A DNA stretch of 64,000 bases from Candidatus Sericytochromatia bacterium. Its GTDB lineage: Bacteria; Cyanobacteriota; Sericytochromatia; S15B-MN24; UBA4093. A model generated the notes under the pieces. The model did not search any database. It was not told the origin of the DNA and saw nothing but the letters and a program-made list of their open reading frames with translations. The DNA lies in assembly GCA_036676985.1 (NCBI GenBank), contig JAKFBU010000004.1:76450-140449 (forward strand), given 5' to 3'. Each line of letters starts with the position of its first letter. Position 1 is the first letter of the stretch. Of this stretch, positions 21,487 to 30,781 are shown piece after piece. The position numbers and the translations under genes are program-made.

Positions 21487-22125
21487 CTACTTCTTGGCCA
21501 GCTCTTCGACGCCGGCGAGGCCTTCGAGGGCCTTGGTGGCCGCCTCGGCGGCGACCATGACGTCGGCCTCTTCGCCCGCGAGGTACACGCGGCCGAAGGC
21601 GCCGGCGGCCCGGATGATGACGATGTTGATGTTGGCGGCCTTCTCGGCCTCATTGGCGACGAGCGTCGCGTAGGCGGCCGGGTAGCACTCCATGATGAAG
21701 AGCGTCTGTCCGCCGATGAGCATCATGCCCTTGCGGCCCGAGCGGTTGATGAGCATGGCCTGGTGATCGTCCACGTGGCGGATGACCTGGCTGCTGATGA
21801 TCTTGGGCTTGAGGCGATCGTGCTCGGTCTTGCCGATGGCGTTGAGGATGGCCTCACCGGCGGCGCGCACGTCGGCCTGCGAGTCGCTGTGCAGCTCGAG
21901 CATGCCGTACTGGCGCTCGACGATCTGCTCGGCGGGCGTCACGTGCGTGGCCTTGAGAGCAACGTCCATCAGGCGGTTGATCTCCATGCCGGGGGCGATC
22001 TCGACGTAGAGGGCGGCCTGGCCCGCGACGGGCAGGTAGCCAGCGGCCGTGGACGCCGAGTAGGCGGCGAACTGCGGCTGCAGATTGTCGAGGAAGACGT
22101 AGGTGCGAAGCTGGACGTTCTCCAT
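21487..22125 (-). CDS. BMC-T shell protein (permuted, CsoS1D/CcmP-like)
   Basis: LRTYVFLDNLQPQ, EIAPG, VERQYGMLELH, ANEAEKAA, GAFGRVYL. Confidence 0.9.
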   Translation of the reverse strand: MENVQLRTYVFLDNLQPQFAAYSASTAAGYLPVAGQAALYVEIAPGMEINRLMDVALKATHVTPAEQIVERQYGMLELHSDSQADVRAAGEAILNAIGKTEHDRLKPKIISSQVIRHVDDHQAMLINRSGRKGMMLIGGQTLFIMECYPAAYATLVANEAEKAANINIVIIRAAGAFGRVYLAGEEADVMVAAEAATKALEGLAGVEELAKK

Positions 22126-22155
22126 CGTTACTCCTTATGGCCCCGCGGGACCGTG

Positions 22156-23328
22156 CTAGTAGCCCGAGGTGCTGGACTTGCCGCCGCCGACGATGCTCAC
22201 CGAGGCCGAGGCCCCGATGCGGGTCGCCCCGGCCTTGATCATCTCCAGGGCGCCCTTGCGATCGCGCACGCCGCCCGACGCCTTGACGCCGAGCTCGGGG
22301 CCGACCGTCGCGCGCATGAGGGCGATGTCGTAGGCGGTGGCGCCGCCCTTCGAGAAGCCCGTGGACGTCTTGACGAAGGTCGCACCCGCCGACTTGGAGA
22401 GCGCGCAGGCCGTGACCTTCTCTTCGTCGGTCAGGAGGCAGGTCTCGAGGATGACCTTGCTGACGAGCCCGCCGCAGGCCTGGACGACCGCGCGGATGTC
22501 GGCCTCGACGAGGTCGTAGCGCTTGCTCTTGAGAGCACCGATGTTGAGGACCATGTCGATCTCGGTGGCGCCGTCGGCGATCGCCTGCTTGGTCTCGAAG
22601 GCCTTGACCTCGGACGGCGTGGCGCCGAGCGGGAAGCCCACGACGGTGCAGACCTTGACGTCCGTGCCCTTGAGCAGCTTGGCGGCGAGCGCCACGTTCG
22701 AGGGGTTGACGCAGACGGACATGAAGTGGTGCTTGGCGGCCTCCTGGCAGAGCTTGGTGATCTCGGCCTCGGTGGCGTCCGCCTTGAGCAGCGTGTGGTC
22801 GATCATGCGGGCGAGGGCGTGGTTCTCGGCGGCAACGCCGGCCGAGCCGCCCGTCAGCTCGCCGAGGGAGCCCTGGCGCAGGCCGAGGGCCGTGAGCTTG
22901 TCGCTCAACTCGTCGAAGGAGAGGACCCGCTTGCCCTTGGCGAGCGCGGCCTTGACCACGCGGGCGGCAAAAGCGTCCGAGTCCTTGGCGAGGAGCTGGT
23001 TGGCCAGGGAACGTGGCAGGCTCGGCAGGACCACCACGTCGGCCGCACCCACCTCGGCCTCCAGGGATCCCTTGAGGGAGGCCTCGCTGACGATGCGGGC
23101 GCCCTGGGAGGCGATGTTGCCCGTGGCGAGCACGGCCTCGGCCCAGCGGGGCACGGCCACGACCACCTCGTTGCCGCGGCTGGTCAGGGCGCTGACGGCG
23201 TCCGAGAAGGCGCGGGTGTCTTCGGTGTAGACGAGCCAGACGAGGCGAGGGGAGAGCGACGGGGTTGCGGCCCCCGTGGCGGCCGTAACCTGGCGGGTGA
23301 CTTGATCGACGAGAGCCGTAAGGTCCAT
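22156..23328 (-). CDS. deoC: Deoxyribose-phosphate aldolase with N-terminal encapsulation peptide and extra alpha/beta domain
   Basis: [33 protein letters not shown]; ~165-aa N-terminal extension. Confidence 0.93.
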   Translation of the reverse strand: MDLTALVDQVTRQVTAATGAATPSLSPRLVWLVYTEDTRAFSDAVSALTSRGNEVVVAVPRWAEAVLATGNIASQGARIVSEASLKGSLEAEVGAADVVVLPSLPRSLANQLLAKDSDAFAARVVKAALAKGKRVLSFDELSDKLTALGLRQGSLGELTGGSAGVAAENHALARMIDHTLLKADATEAEITKLCQEAAKHHFMSVCVNPSNVALAAKLLKGTDVKVCTVVGFPLGATPSEVKAFETKQAIADGATEIDMVLNIGALKSKRYDLVEADIRAVVQACGGLVSKVILETCLLTDEEKVTACALSKSAGATFVKTSTGFSKGGATAYDIALMRATVGPELGVKASGGVRDRKGALEMIKAGATRIGASASVSIVGGGKSSTSGY

Positions 23329-23340
23329 CCGTTCCTCTTC

Positions 23341-23796
23341 TTAGGAGTTCAGCCGATAGAGCTGGGATTCGAGGTCCTGGATCTTCGAGATCCGGCGGGC
23401 ATGACGCGGGCAGGGCTGGGTGTCGAGCCAGGTCTTGACGATTTCCTTGGCGAGCCCGATCCCGATGATGCGGGAGCCCAGGGTCAGGACGTTGGCGTGG
23501 TTGTGCTCGCGGGCATTCCGGGCGGCGAAGAGATCGTTGCAGAGGCTGGCCCGGATGCCGGGCACCTTGTTGGCGACGATCGACGAGCCGATCCCGGCGC
23601 CGTCCACGATGATGCCGACCGGCGCCTCCCCTTTGGCGACGGTCGCGGCGACGAGGAAGGCGAAATCCGGGTAGTCGACGGATTCGGTGGAATGAGTCCC
23701 GAGATCAACGGGCGTGTGGCCAAGCTCCGAGAGATAGGCGAGGAGCTGCTGCTTGAGCTCGTAACCGCCGTGGTCGCTGCCGATGACGATCTTCAT
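23341..23796 (-). CDS. rpiB: Ribose-5-phosphate isomerase B family
   Basis: GSDHGG, DYPD, ANKVPGIRA, AREHNHANVL, RHARR. Confidence 0.92.
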   Translation of the reverse strand: MKIVIGSDHGGYELKQQLLAYLSELGHTPVDLGTHSTESVDYPDFAFLVAATVAKGEAPVGIIVDGAGIGSSIVANKVPGIRASLCNDLFAARNAREHNHANVLTLGSRIIGIGLAKEIVKTWLDTQPCPRHARRISKIQDLESQLYRLNS

Positions 23797-24060
23797 CTCG
23801 TATTCGTACCTTGCCTTGTAGGAAGGGGGGCTTGGCCAGGACTGGCCTATCGTAGCATATGCTTGCGCGCTTGTGTATCACTCCCGACGCCCGTGTTGGC
23901 GGTACGTCAGAGAAGTGACCCAACGAGGATTTAATACCCGCTTGCGGAACCTTTCACGCTCTTGACGAACATTTGACGACACTTCCCCGCTTGGCGGCCG
24001 GATAAAGGTGGTGGCGATCGCCGTGCCGCATCGCCTGGCCCCAACCTAAGGAGTGACGCC

Positions 24061-25167
24061 ATGTTCAATCCGTGCGATCTGGCTTTCACGCGGAGTCCGC
24101 AGCCTCCTAGCCTGCGCGAGGGCGGAGAGCTCGTCGTCGAGACGGCGCCGGTCGCACCGCCGCTCGACGTGCCCGGGGCGGGGACCCTGCCGCGGCCGCC
24201 TTTGCCGGGCCCGGCGGACGTGGTCCTGCCCATGGCCAACCCGCTCGCGGCGGCGGCCGGCAACCTCGACCACATGCGCGGCGAGCCGGATGCCGCTGCG
24301 GAGCTGGAGCGGGCGCTGCCGGCCATGGCCCAGCGGGTGCTCGACCTCATCGCCAAGAGCGGTCCGGCGCTCGACGGGGCGCTGTCGGCCATGGCGGGCA
24401 AGCCTCTTGAAGAAGGCCGTTATGAGGCTCAGGGCGGGCGCTCGGGCCGCGCGTCCTTGGGGGACGACCTTGCCGGGGCGCAGCGCCTCGCGCGCTCTAG
24501 GCCCTTGCCGCCGCCGTTGCCGCCCCAGGCGCTCGCCCCCATGCAGCCCGTCCTGGATCTGGTGCCGCCCCTCGAGCATGTGACCATCGACCTGGACAAA
24601 GTCGCTCAGCTGCCGGCGCCGTCGGCCCCGAAGGCCCTCGTGGCGGCCCGGGCGGAGGCCCTCGCGATCCCCTGGACGTCCCGGGAAGGTGAGCGCCTGC
24701 GCCAGGAGGCGCCGACGACCGTGACGCCCGCCCAGGTCCAGGTGGCCTTGCTCCAGATCCCGGAGCTCGAGAAGTTCGTGGGCGGCGCCCTGCAGTTGGC
24801 GAGCGATGGTGCCTTCAAGGGCTTCCCGGCCGCCAGCCGGGAGGGCTTTCAGCGCCTGGCGGCCATGACGCAGGTCGGCAAGCCGACCCCGGTGGGAACC
24901 TACCTCGTCGCGCTGCGCGACGTCTATCAGTCCTACAAGGTGGACTTCTACAGCCTGCTGCGGGCGCGGCGCGCGCTCCTCGACCGGCGGGATCCGGCAT
25001 CGCTCATCCCCTTGCTCACCGAAGAGGAGCTGGAGGACTACCTGTGGCGCAAGTACGGCGAGGCCCTGAGGATCCGCCTGTGGCGCCTGCTGCGGACCTC
25101 CGTCCGAGAGGAGGACGTGCCCTCGTTCGACGAGGAGCAGGAGTCGGTTCGGGGTAAAGAGAACTAG
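24061..25167 (+). CDS. Hypothetical protein (Pro-rich N half, helical C half)
   Basis: 368-aa ORF with AAGGAG RBS. Confidence 0.72.
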   Translation: MFNPCDLAFTRSPQPPSLREGGELVVETAPVAPPLDVPGAGTLPRPPLPGPADVVLPMANPLAAAAGNLDHMRGEPDAAAELERALPAMAQRVLDLIAKSGPALDGALSAMAGKPLEEGRYEAQGGRSGRASLGDDLAGAQRLARSRPLPPPLPPQALAPMQPVLDLVPPLEHVTIDLDKVAQLPAPSAPKALVAARAEALAIPWTSREGERLRQEAPTTVTPAQVQVALLQIPELEKFVGGALQLASDGAFKGFPAASREGFQRLAAMTQVGKPTPVGTYLVALRDVYQSYKVDFYSLLRARRALLDRRDPASLIPLLTEEELEDYLWRKYGEALRIRLWRLLRTSVREEDVPSFDEEQESVRGKEN

Positions 25168-25233
25168 GCCTCGCCTCGGGGCACGCGTGGCCGGTTCCAC
25201 CATCGCACGGGCAGCGGCATGCCAGGAGGACGA

Positions 25234-26595
25234 ATGGCAGGACCCATCGGCAATCAATCGAGTATCCGGCCGGTCGCGCCGCGTCCCTCGCTGCCTTCCG
25301 CCGTGCCACAGATGCCGCCCCAGGGGCCTGAGCCGGCACTTGGGCGCGATCAGAACCAGGTGAAGGCCGTACCGTCGCCCCAGGCCTTGCCGGATCTGCG
25401 GGATAGTGTCGGCCAGGTCTCGGCGGACGACTTCCTCGCCATGGATCTCGGGCCCGCTGAGCCGACGCCGGCGGACGTGCGCCGAGAGTTCGACAGCTTC
25501 CGACATGACGCGGATCCGATCAACGTCAACAAGTTCACGCGGATCGAGCGGGACGCCGTTCCCCTCGACGAGTTGAACGGCGAGTGGGACGAGGTGGCCA
25601 CGGACCTCATCCGGACCAACGAGGGTCTGGCGCAGGCGGCTTACGAGAAGCTCTCGCCGAAGCAGCAGGATCAGTACAAGGGTCTGGACAGCTTCTTGAG
25701 CGGCGATCCCTCGGCTCGGCTGTCTCTCCAGGTCATGCTCATCGAGGGAACGCTGACGGGCGGTTCCCGTTCGACGAGCGGCGGGACCCTGCTCGACTCG
25801 CTGCATGACGTCTCCACCAGGCCCACGCTGGAAGGCCTGGATGCCAAAGGGCTCGTGAGCGACCTCGTCCAGGAGGTCTCCCTGCCGGCCTCCATTGCCC
25901 AGGAAAGCTACGGGACCTGCACCGTCACGACCGTCCAGGTCAAGCTGGCCAGGGAGAACCCGGCGGAATACGCCCGTTTGGTCGGCGGCCTCGCGTCTCC
26001 GGAGGGGAAGGTCAACCTGGCCAACGGCGACGCCGTCGTGCGGGATCCCGGCTCCGAGGAGCCTCAGTACGACAAGGCCAAGCGCATGATGCCCGACGGC
26101 AAGATCGTCGAGGTCGATGTCCTGGATGAGCGGACGGCCTCCTCGCGCCTCTTCCAGGCCGCTTTCATGGAGTATGGCCTGGGCGAGGGCGTGGACTACG
26201 ATCCGGTGAAGGACGAGGCGACCGATCCGACGCAGATGGGGGCCGGCCTCGTCCACCGGACCATGGCGGGCCTGTCGGGCGCCAAGGTCGACACCCTGCT
26301 CGCCCCGAGCTACCGGGGCTATGCCGACGACGGGGCCAAGCAGGTGGACACGGGTGCCCTCGTGAACCGTCTTGCCGACGAGACCGGCAAGGGCAACTCG
26401 GTGCCGGTGGGGATTGCCTGGGGCGAGGCCGACGAGAGCGGGCGCTTCCATGGCTTCCATGCCGTCGACGTCTCGAAGGTCGACGGGGATCGCGTCTACT
26501 TCAACAACCCGTGGGGCAAGGAAGAGAGCATGACGCGCGAGGAGTTCGCCCAGCGCGTGCGGTTCGCCCAGGTCGGCTCGTTCGACGCCAAGTAG
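25234..26595 (+). CDS. Putative papain-like cysteine peptidase
   Basis: QESYGTC, FHAVDV, YFNNPWG (Cys-His-Asn); AGGAGG RBS. Confidence 0.7.
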   Translation: MAGPIGNQSSIRPVAPRPSLPSAVPQMPPQGPEPALGRDQNQVKAVPSPQALPDLRDSVGQVSADDFLAMDLGPAEPTPADVRREFDSFRHDADPINVNKFTRIERDAVPLDELNGEWDEVATDLIRTNEGLAQAAYEKLSPKQQDQYKGLDSFLSGDPSARLSLQVMLIEGTLTGGSRSTSGGTLLDSLHDVSTRPTLEGLDAKGLVSDLVQEVSLPASIAQESYGTCTVTTVQVKLARENPAEYARLVGGLASPEGKVNLANGDAVVRDPGSEEPQYDKAKRMMPDGKIVEVDVLDERTASSRLFQAAFMEYGLGEGVDYDPVKDEATDPTQMGAGLVHRTMAGLSGAKVDTLLAPSYRGYADDGAKQVDTGALVNRLADETGKGNSVPVGIAWGEADESGRFHGFHAVDVSKVDGDRVYFNNPWGKEESMTREEFAQRVRFAQVGSFDAK

Positions 26596-26627
26596 CGACA
26601 GGAGGCGGTCGTTTCGTCGGGAAGGGG

Positions 26628-27512
26628 TCAGCCCTGGGCGCGACGCCGAGCGGCGCCGTAGACGTCCTTCATGCGGCGCTTGGAGACGTGCGTGTAGAGC
26701 TGGGTGGTCGAGATGTCGGCATGGCCGAGCATCTCCTGCACCGAGCGCAAATCCGCGCCGTTCTCGATCAGGTGCGTCGCGAAGCTGTGGCGTAGCGTGT
26801 GCGGCGTGATGTCCTTGGTGATGCCCGCCTCCTTGGCGGCCTCCTTGACGACCTTCCAGATGCCCTGGCGCGTCAGGCGGCGCCCGGCGTAGTTCAGGAA
26901 CAACGCGCGCTCGCTGGGCCGGACCTTGGTCTTGGGGCGGACCTGCGTGAGGTAGGCCTCCAGCGCCGTGATGGCCGCGCGGTTGATGGGCACCAGGCGC
27001 TCCTTGGAGCCCTTGCCGAAGCAGCGGACGTAGCCGGTGGTGAGGTTCAGGTCCTGCAGGTTGATGCGGGTCAGCTCGCTCACGCGCAGGCCGCCGGCGT
27101 AGAGCAGCTCGAGAATGGCGCGATCGCGCAGGTCCGCGGGCTGCTCGACCAGGCGGGTCACCTCGCTCTGGTTGAGGACCTTGGGCAGGTAGCGAGCGGT
27201 CTTGGGGCGCTCGACCTCGGCCGAAGGATCGCGATCGATCAGCTTCTCGCGGAGCAGGTACTGGTAGAAGGTCTTGATGGCCGCGATCTTGCGGGCGATC
27301 GAGGTGGCGGCGAGGCCGCGCTCGCGGAGCTCCTTGGTGAAGCCCGTGATGGTCATGCGGGTGGTCTGGCCCCAGCTCTGGATCTCATGGGCGTGCAGGA
27401 ACTCGATGAACTGCCTGAGGTCGTTGTTGTACGCCGCCAGCGTGTGCTCGGACAGGGCGCGTTCCACCATCAGGTAATCGATGAACTCCGAGAGGTTCTG
27501 CTGCAGGGTCAT
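26628..27512 (-). CDS. xerD: Tyrosine recombinase XerD
   Basis: ELLYAGGLRVSEL, GKGSKER, HTLRHSFATHL, GADLRSVQEMLGHADISTTQLY. Confidence 0.93.
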   Translation of the reverse strand: MTLQQNLSEFIDYLMVERALSEHTLAAYNNDLRQFIEFLHAHEIQSWGQTTRMTITGFTKELRERGLAATSIARKIAAIKTFYQYLLREKLIDRDPSAEVERPKTARYLPKVLNQSEVTRLVEQPADLRDRAILELLYAGGLRVSELTRINLQDLNLTTGYVRCFGKGSKERLVPINRAAITALEAYLTQVRPKTKVRPSERALFLNYAGRRLTRQGIWKVVKEAAKEAGITKDITPHTLRHSFATHLIENGADLRSVQEMLGHADISTTQLYTHVSKRRMKDVYGAARRRAQG

Positions 27513-27814
27513 CCTTGATCTCCATAGCGGGTCGAACGCGCACGGCAACGGCGCCCCCGTCCTCGACGGGGAGCAGATCGGTGCGTGACAGCGATCGATG
27601 GGGGCCTGACCGCGCTCCGTTCCGTCGGCGCGGCCTTCCGGCGTTATGTGGGGTATAGTAAGACGGACCGCCTGGAAGATCCGTGTTATGGGTCACCAGG
27701 CCGCTTGGTGTCTTTGTCACAAACTCCCGCGGGGCTCGTCAGCCGCCTGGGATCTTGCCGATGGACCGGAAGCGCCGGCGGCTAAAACGGACAGCGAAGG
27801 GAGGTGGTGGCAGG

Positions 27815-29020
27815 GTGTCCGACGAAAAAACAGAACCCGCAACAGACCATAAACGCCAGGAAGCGCGTAAATCGGGTAACGTCCTCAAGAGCCAGGACGT
27901 GACGGTCACATTCCTGCTCTTCGGCCTGGCCTACAGCATCAACGCCTTCGGCCAGCTCGCCTTCAAGTACCTGTACGGGTTCTTCGTCGAGACCTACGAG
28001 CAGCTCTACCTCTTCACCGACTACGATCTGAAGGGCGTCACGGGCATCCTGCTCAAGGCCTGCCTGATCATCCTGATCTGCAGCGTCCCCATCGCCGCCC
28101 TCGCCTTTCTGCTCACATGGATCGGCAACCTCCTGCAGGTGGGCGTGATGATCACGCTCAAGCCGCTCAACCCCGCCGAGGGCTTCAAGAAGATCAACCC
28201 CATCAACGGGGCCAAGCAGCTCTTCTCCCTCAAGAAGGTCATCGAGCTGGTCAAGAGCCTCATCAAGATCATCGTCATCGGCTGGATGTCCTACGGCATC
28301 GTCAAGGACGCCCTGGGACAGATCCTGCTCACCTCGGGCATGGCCGTCCCGGCCTCCATGGCGCTTTTGGGATCCTTGCTGCTCACGATCCTCCAGAAGA
28401 TCGCCCTGACCATGATCGTCCTGATGATCCTGGACTACGGCCTGCAGAAGTGGCAGTACGAGAAGTCCCTCAAGATGTCCAAGCAGGAGCAGAAGGACGA
28501 GTACAAGAAGCTGGAAGGCGACCCGCACGTGAAGGGCCGCATCCGCCAGAAGCAGATGGAGATGGCCATGAACGCCGGCCGCGGCGCGGTGGCCGAGGCG
28601 GACGTGGTCATCACGAACCCGACCCACTACGCCGTGGCGCTGGAGTACAAGCCGAAGAAGGGCCAGAAGGCCCCGGTCGTCATCGCCAAGGGCAAGAACG
28701 CGTACGCGCTGGAGATCCGGCGCATCGCCGAGGAGAACTTCATCCTCATCGTGGAGGATCCCCCCACCGCGCGGATGCTCTACAGCCAGGTCGAGGTGGA
28801 TCAGGCGGTGCCGCCCGAGCTGTTCCAGGCGGTCGCGAAGATCATCGCGCTCCTGTACAAGGGGCGGCGGCGGGCGCAGGCGCAGCCGCAGCAGCCGGTG
28901 CTCACGGAGATCCCGAGCATGCCGGTGCCGGCCGAGGTGCAGCTGGCCCTGGAGGCCGCGCTGCCGGAGGCGACCCCGCAGTCCGCGGAGCCCAAGGCGG
29001 ATCAGCCGCCGTCCGTGTAG
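27815..29020 (+). CDS. flhB: FlhB/SctU type III export switch protein
   Basis: EKTEPAT...ARKSG, four TM segments, EGDPHVK, NPTH autocleavage motif. Confidence 0.9.
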   Translation: MSDEKTEPATDHKRQEARKSGNVLKSQDVTVTFLLFGLAYSINAFGQLAFKYLYGFFVETYEQLYLFTDYDLKGVTGILLKACLIILICSVPIAALAFLLTWIGNLLQVGVMITLKPLNPAEGFKKINPINGAKQLFSLKKVIELVKSLIKIIVIGWMSYGIVKDALGQILLTSGMAVPASMALLGSLLLTILQKIALTMIVLMILDYGLQKWQYEKSLKMSKQEQKDEYKKLEGDPHVKGRIRQKQMEMAMNAGRGAVAEADVVITNPTHYAVALEYKPKKGQKAPVVIAKGKNAYALEIRRIAEENFILIVEDPPTARMLYSQVEVDQAVPPELFQAVAKIIALLYKGRRRAQAQPQQPVLTEIPSMPVPAEVQLALEAALPEATPQSAEPKADQPPSV

Positions 29021-29051
29021 GACGCCCTTTAAAGACTATGATTGGCCCTCC

Positions 29052-29149
29052 CGTCATCCCCGCGGAAACGGCGTCACCCTCGCGAAAGCGGGGGCAGGGT
29101 TTGCTCTCGGGAGCGCATGCGCTGGACCCCCGCGTTCGCGAGGGTGACG
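29052..29149. repeat. Palindromic intergenic repeat (GTCAyCCyCGCG-AAAG-CGGGG type)
   Basis: CGTCACCCTCGCGAAAGCGGGGG (29072-94), inverted copy at 29127-49, partial copy at 29052. Confidence 0.7.
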
Positions 29150-29188
29150 TCGTCCTTACGCTCGGGTGGATACGTGAGCGACCGCGGG

Positions 29189-29896
29189 TTACTTGCCGCC
29201 GAAGAGCCGGCCGGTCTTGCCAGGGGCGCTCGCGCCCGGCTGCTGGTTAGGGGGCGGGAAGAGCTGCCAGAAGGACTCCTCGTCCTTGAAGACCTCGTAG
29301 AAGTTGCAGATCGGGTAGACCCGGCCCTGGAGCTTCGAGGTCTCCAGGCTCTCGAGCAACGCGTAGCCCTGCGCGGGAGCCATCATGCGCGCCTGGTTCA
29401 GCTTCGCATGCGTCTCGGCCACCGAGCGGGCCGCCTCTTCGAACTGGTGCACGGCGATCGCCGCCCGCCGCGCCAGATCCGCGTTCTCCCCGAGGCGCTT
29501 GGTAATCTTCTCGACCAGTGCCTTGTCCTGCGGAGACATGGGGCCCGCCATGGGGGCGGGCGCCGGCTTCTTGAGGGCGGGAGGCTTGAGGCCCTTCTTG
29601 GGCTCGGGGGCCGCAGCAGGCGCCGGAGCGGCCTTCTTGGCCTGCTCGCTCGCCGTCTTGAGCAGCTTCACGCGGGGGCCGAACCGGTCCAGGATAGTCC
29701 GGCAGAGCTGGATCTGCTCCTCGGCTGCCGCCACCTGCTGCGACAGGACCTCGGAGGTGATCTCCAAGGGACGCGTCTGGCGACGGCCCAGGGGTTGCGT
29801 CGCGCTCCGGACGAACTGGTCCGAGTAGGAGCGATCGGCGAAAGGGTTGCTGCCGGCACCCGGGCCTGAGCGTTTGAAGGCGTCCGTTCCGTCCAT
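29189..29896 (-). CDS. Hypothetical protein (coiled-coil/helical)
   Basis: ORF with typical codon usage from ATG 29896. Confidence 0.7.
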   Translation of the reverse strand: MDGTDAFKRSGPGAGSNPFADRSYSDQFVRSATQPLGRRQTRPLEITSEVLSQQVAAAEEQIQLCRTILDRFGPRVKLLKTASEQAKKAAPAPAAAPEPKKGLKPPALKKPAPAPMAGPMSPQDKALVEKITKRLGENADLARRAAIAVHQFEEAARSVAETHAKLNQARMMAPAQGYALLESLETSKLQGRVYPICNFYEVFKDEESFWQLFPPPNQQPGASAPGKTGRLFGGK

Positions 29897-30203
29897 GAGG
29901 GGCCTCGTGGAACATGCTGCGGGACGCGCCGTTGCGGCCCGCCCCCGTAACCGTTGCTTCTTGTATGCCCGCCCCATGAGGGATCCTAACCGCCGCCGAA
30001 GCAACAGTAATTTACCGATCAAACCCCCGCAAATGCCTTGCGTGGAGCGCCGATTCGTGTTATTCACGTTAAAGGACGATTAAAGCTCGCCCTCTGTCCC
30101 CCGTCAGGGGAGGAAGTCCCGCCGGAACTCCGGCGGGGTTTCGTGTACCACCGGGTCGGTCGGTGGGTGAGCGTGATATCGTGGGCGACCCCGGAGAGGA
30201 CAC

Positions 30204-30392
30204 TTGAAGGGAATTCAGCTCGGTTACAGCTTCTTGGGCGCGCTGCTCGCCGGAACGGCTCTCGGCTACTTCGCCGATCGCTGGCTCGGGACGGCCCCCT
30301 GGGGGCTCGTCATCGGCATCGTGCTGGGTTTCGCAAGCGGACTCTACGGGCTCTACGTCGCCCTACAGCGTCAGGATGGCTCGGATGGCTAG
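30204..30392 (+). CDS. AtpZ/AtpI-family small protein
   Basis: LGYFADRWLGTAPWGLVIGIVLGF; first gene of the atp operon. Confidence 0.85.
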   Translation: MKGIQLGYSFLGALLAGTALGYFADRWLGTAPWGLVIGIVLGFASGLYGLYVALQRQDGSDG

Positions 30393-30768
30393 TGAGATGG
30401 GGCGCCTCGAAGGCGCGTTGTACAAGCACTTGGCCGTTGCCGGAGGGGGTTCCCTCGCCCTGGGAGTGATCCTGGGACAGCCGACCTGGGGGTTCTCGGC
30501 CGCACTGGGCTTTCTGGCCACCATCGCCTACTTCGGGCTCTTGGGACGCCAGGTCGAGCGCACGACGAGCCGGGGCCGCATCCCCGCGATGGGGCAGGTC
30601 GTGATCCTGATGCTGACCCGTCAAGCGGTTGGCATCTTCGCCATCTACTTGGCGCTGCGGTTCTGGCAGTCGGCGTGGTGGGCTTGCTTCCTTGCCCAGC
30701 TGATCGGTCGGAACTGGGTCATGATCGTCGCAACGCTGCAGGGCTCGCACTCGCGCGAGACTTGCTGA
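30385..30768 (+). CDS. atpI: ATP synthase subunit I
   Basis: Four-TM hydrophobic protein before atpB. Confidence 0.75.
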   Translation: MASEMGRLEGALYKHLAVAGGGSLALGVILGQPTWGFSAALGFLATIAYFGLLGRQVERTTSRGRIPAMGQVVILMLTRQAVGIFAIYLALRFWQSAWWACFLAQLIGRNWVMIVATLQGSHSRETC

Positions 30769-30781
30769 GGAGGACACGGGT

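Noticed and set aside
15533-23796. Carboxysome, Eut or Pdu interpretation of the shell genes
   Set aside because: No RuBisCO, carbonic anhydrase, ethanolamine ammonia-lyase or diol dehydratase; the cargo is DeoC, RpiB and AldDH
26628-27512. Tyrosine recombinase as a phage or island integrase
   Set aside because: Canonical XerD motifs, host-like codon usage, no att repeats, tRNA or phage genes
27600-27815. sigma28 promoter for flhB or the putative secreted proteins
   Set aside because: GCCGAT at 27757 lacks a correctly spaced TAAA; none found upstream of 25234 or 41002
29896-30204. Riboswitch upstream of the atp operon
   Set aside because: Only a simple hairpin at ~30117-30140; no recognisable aptamer consensus
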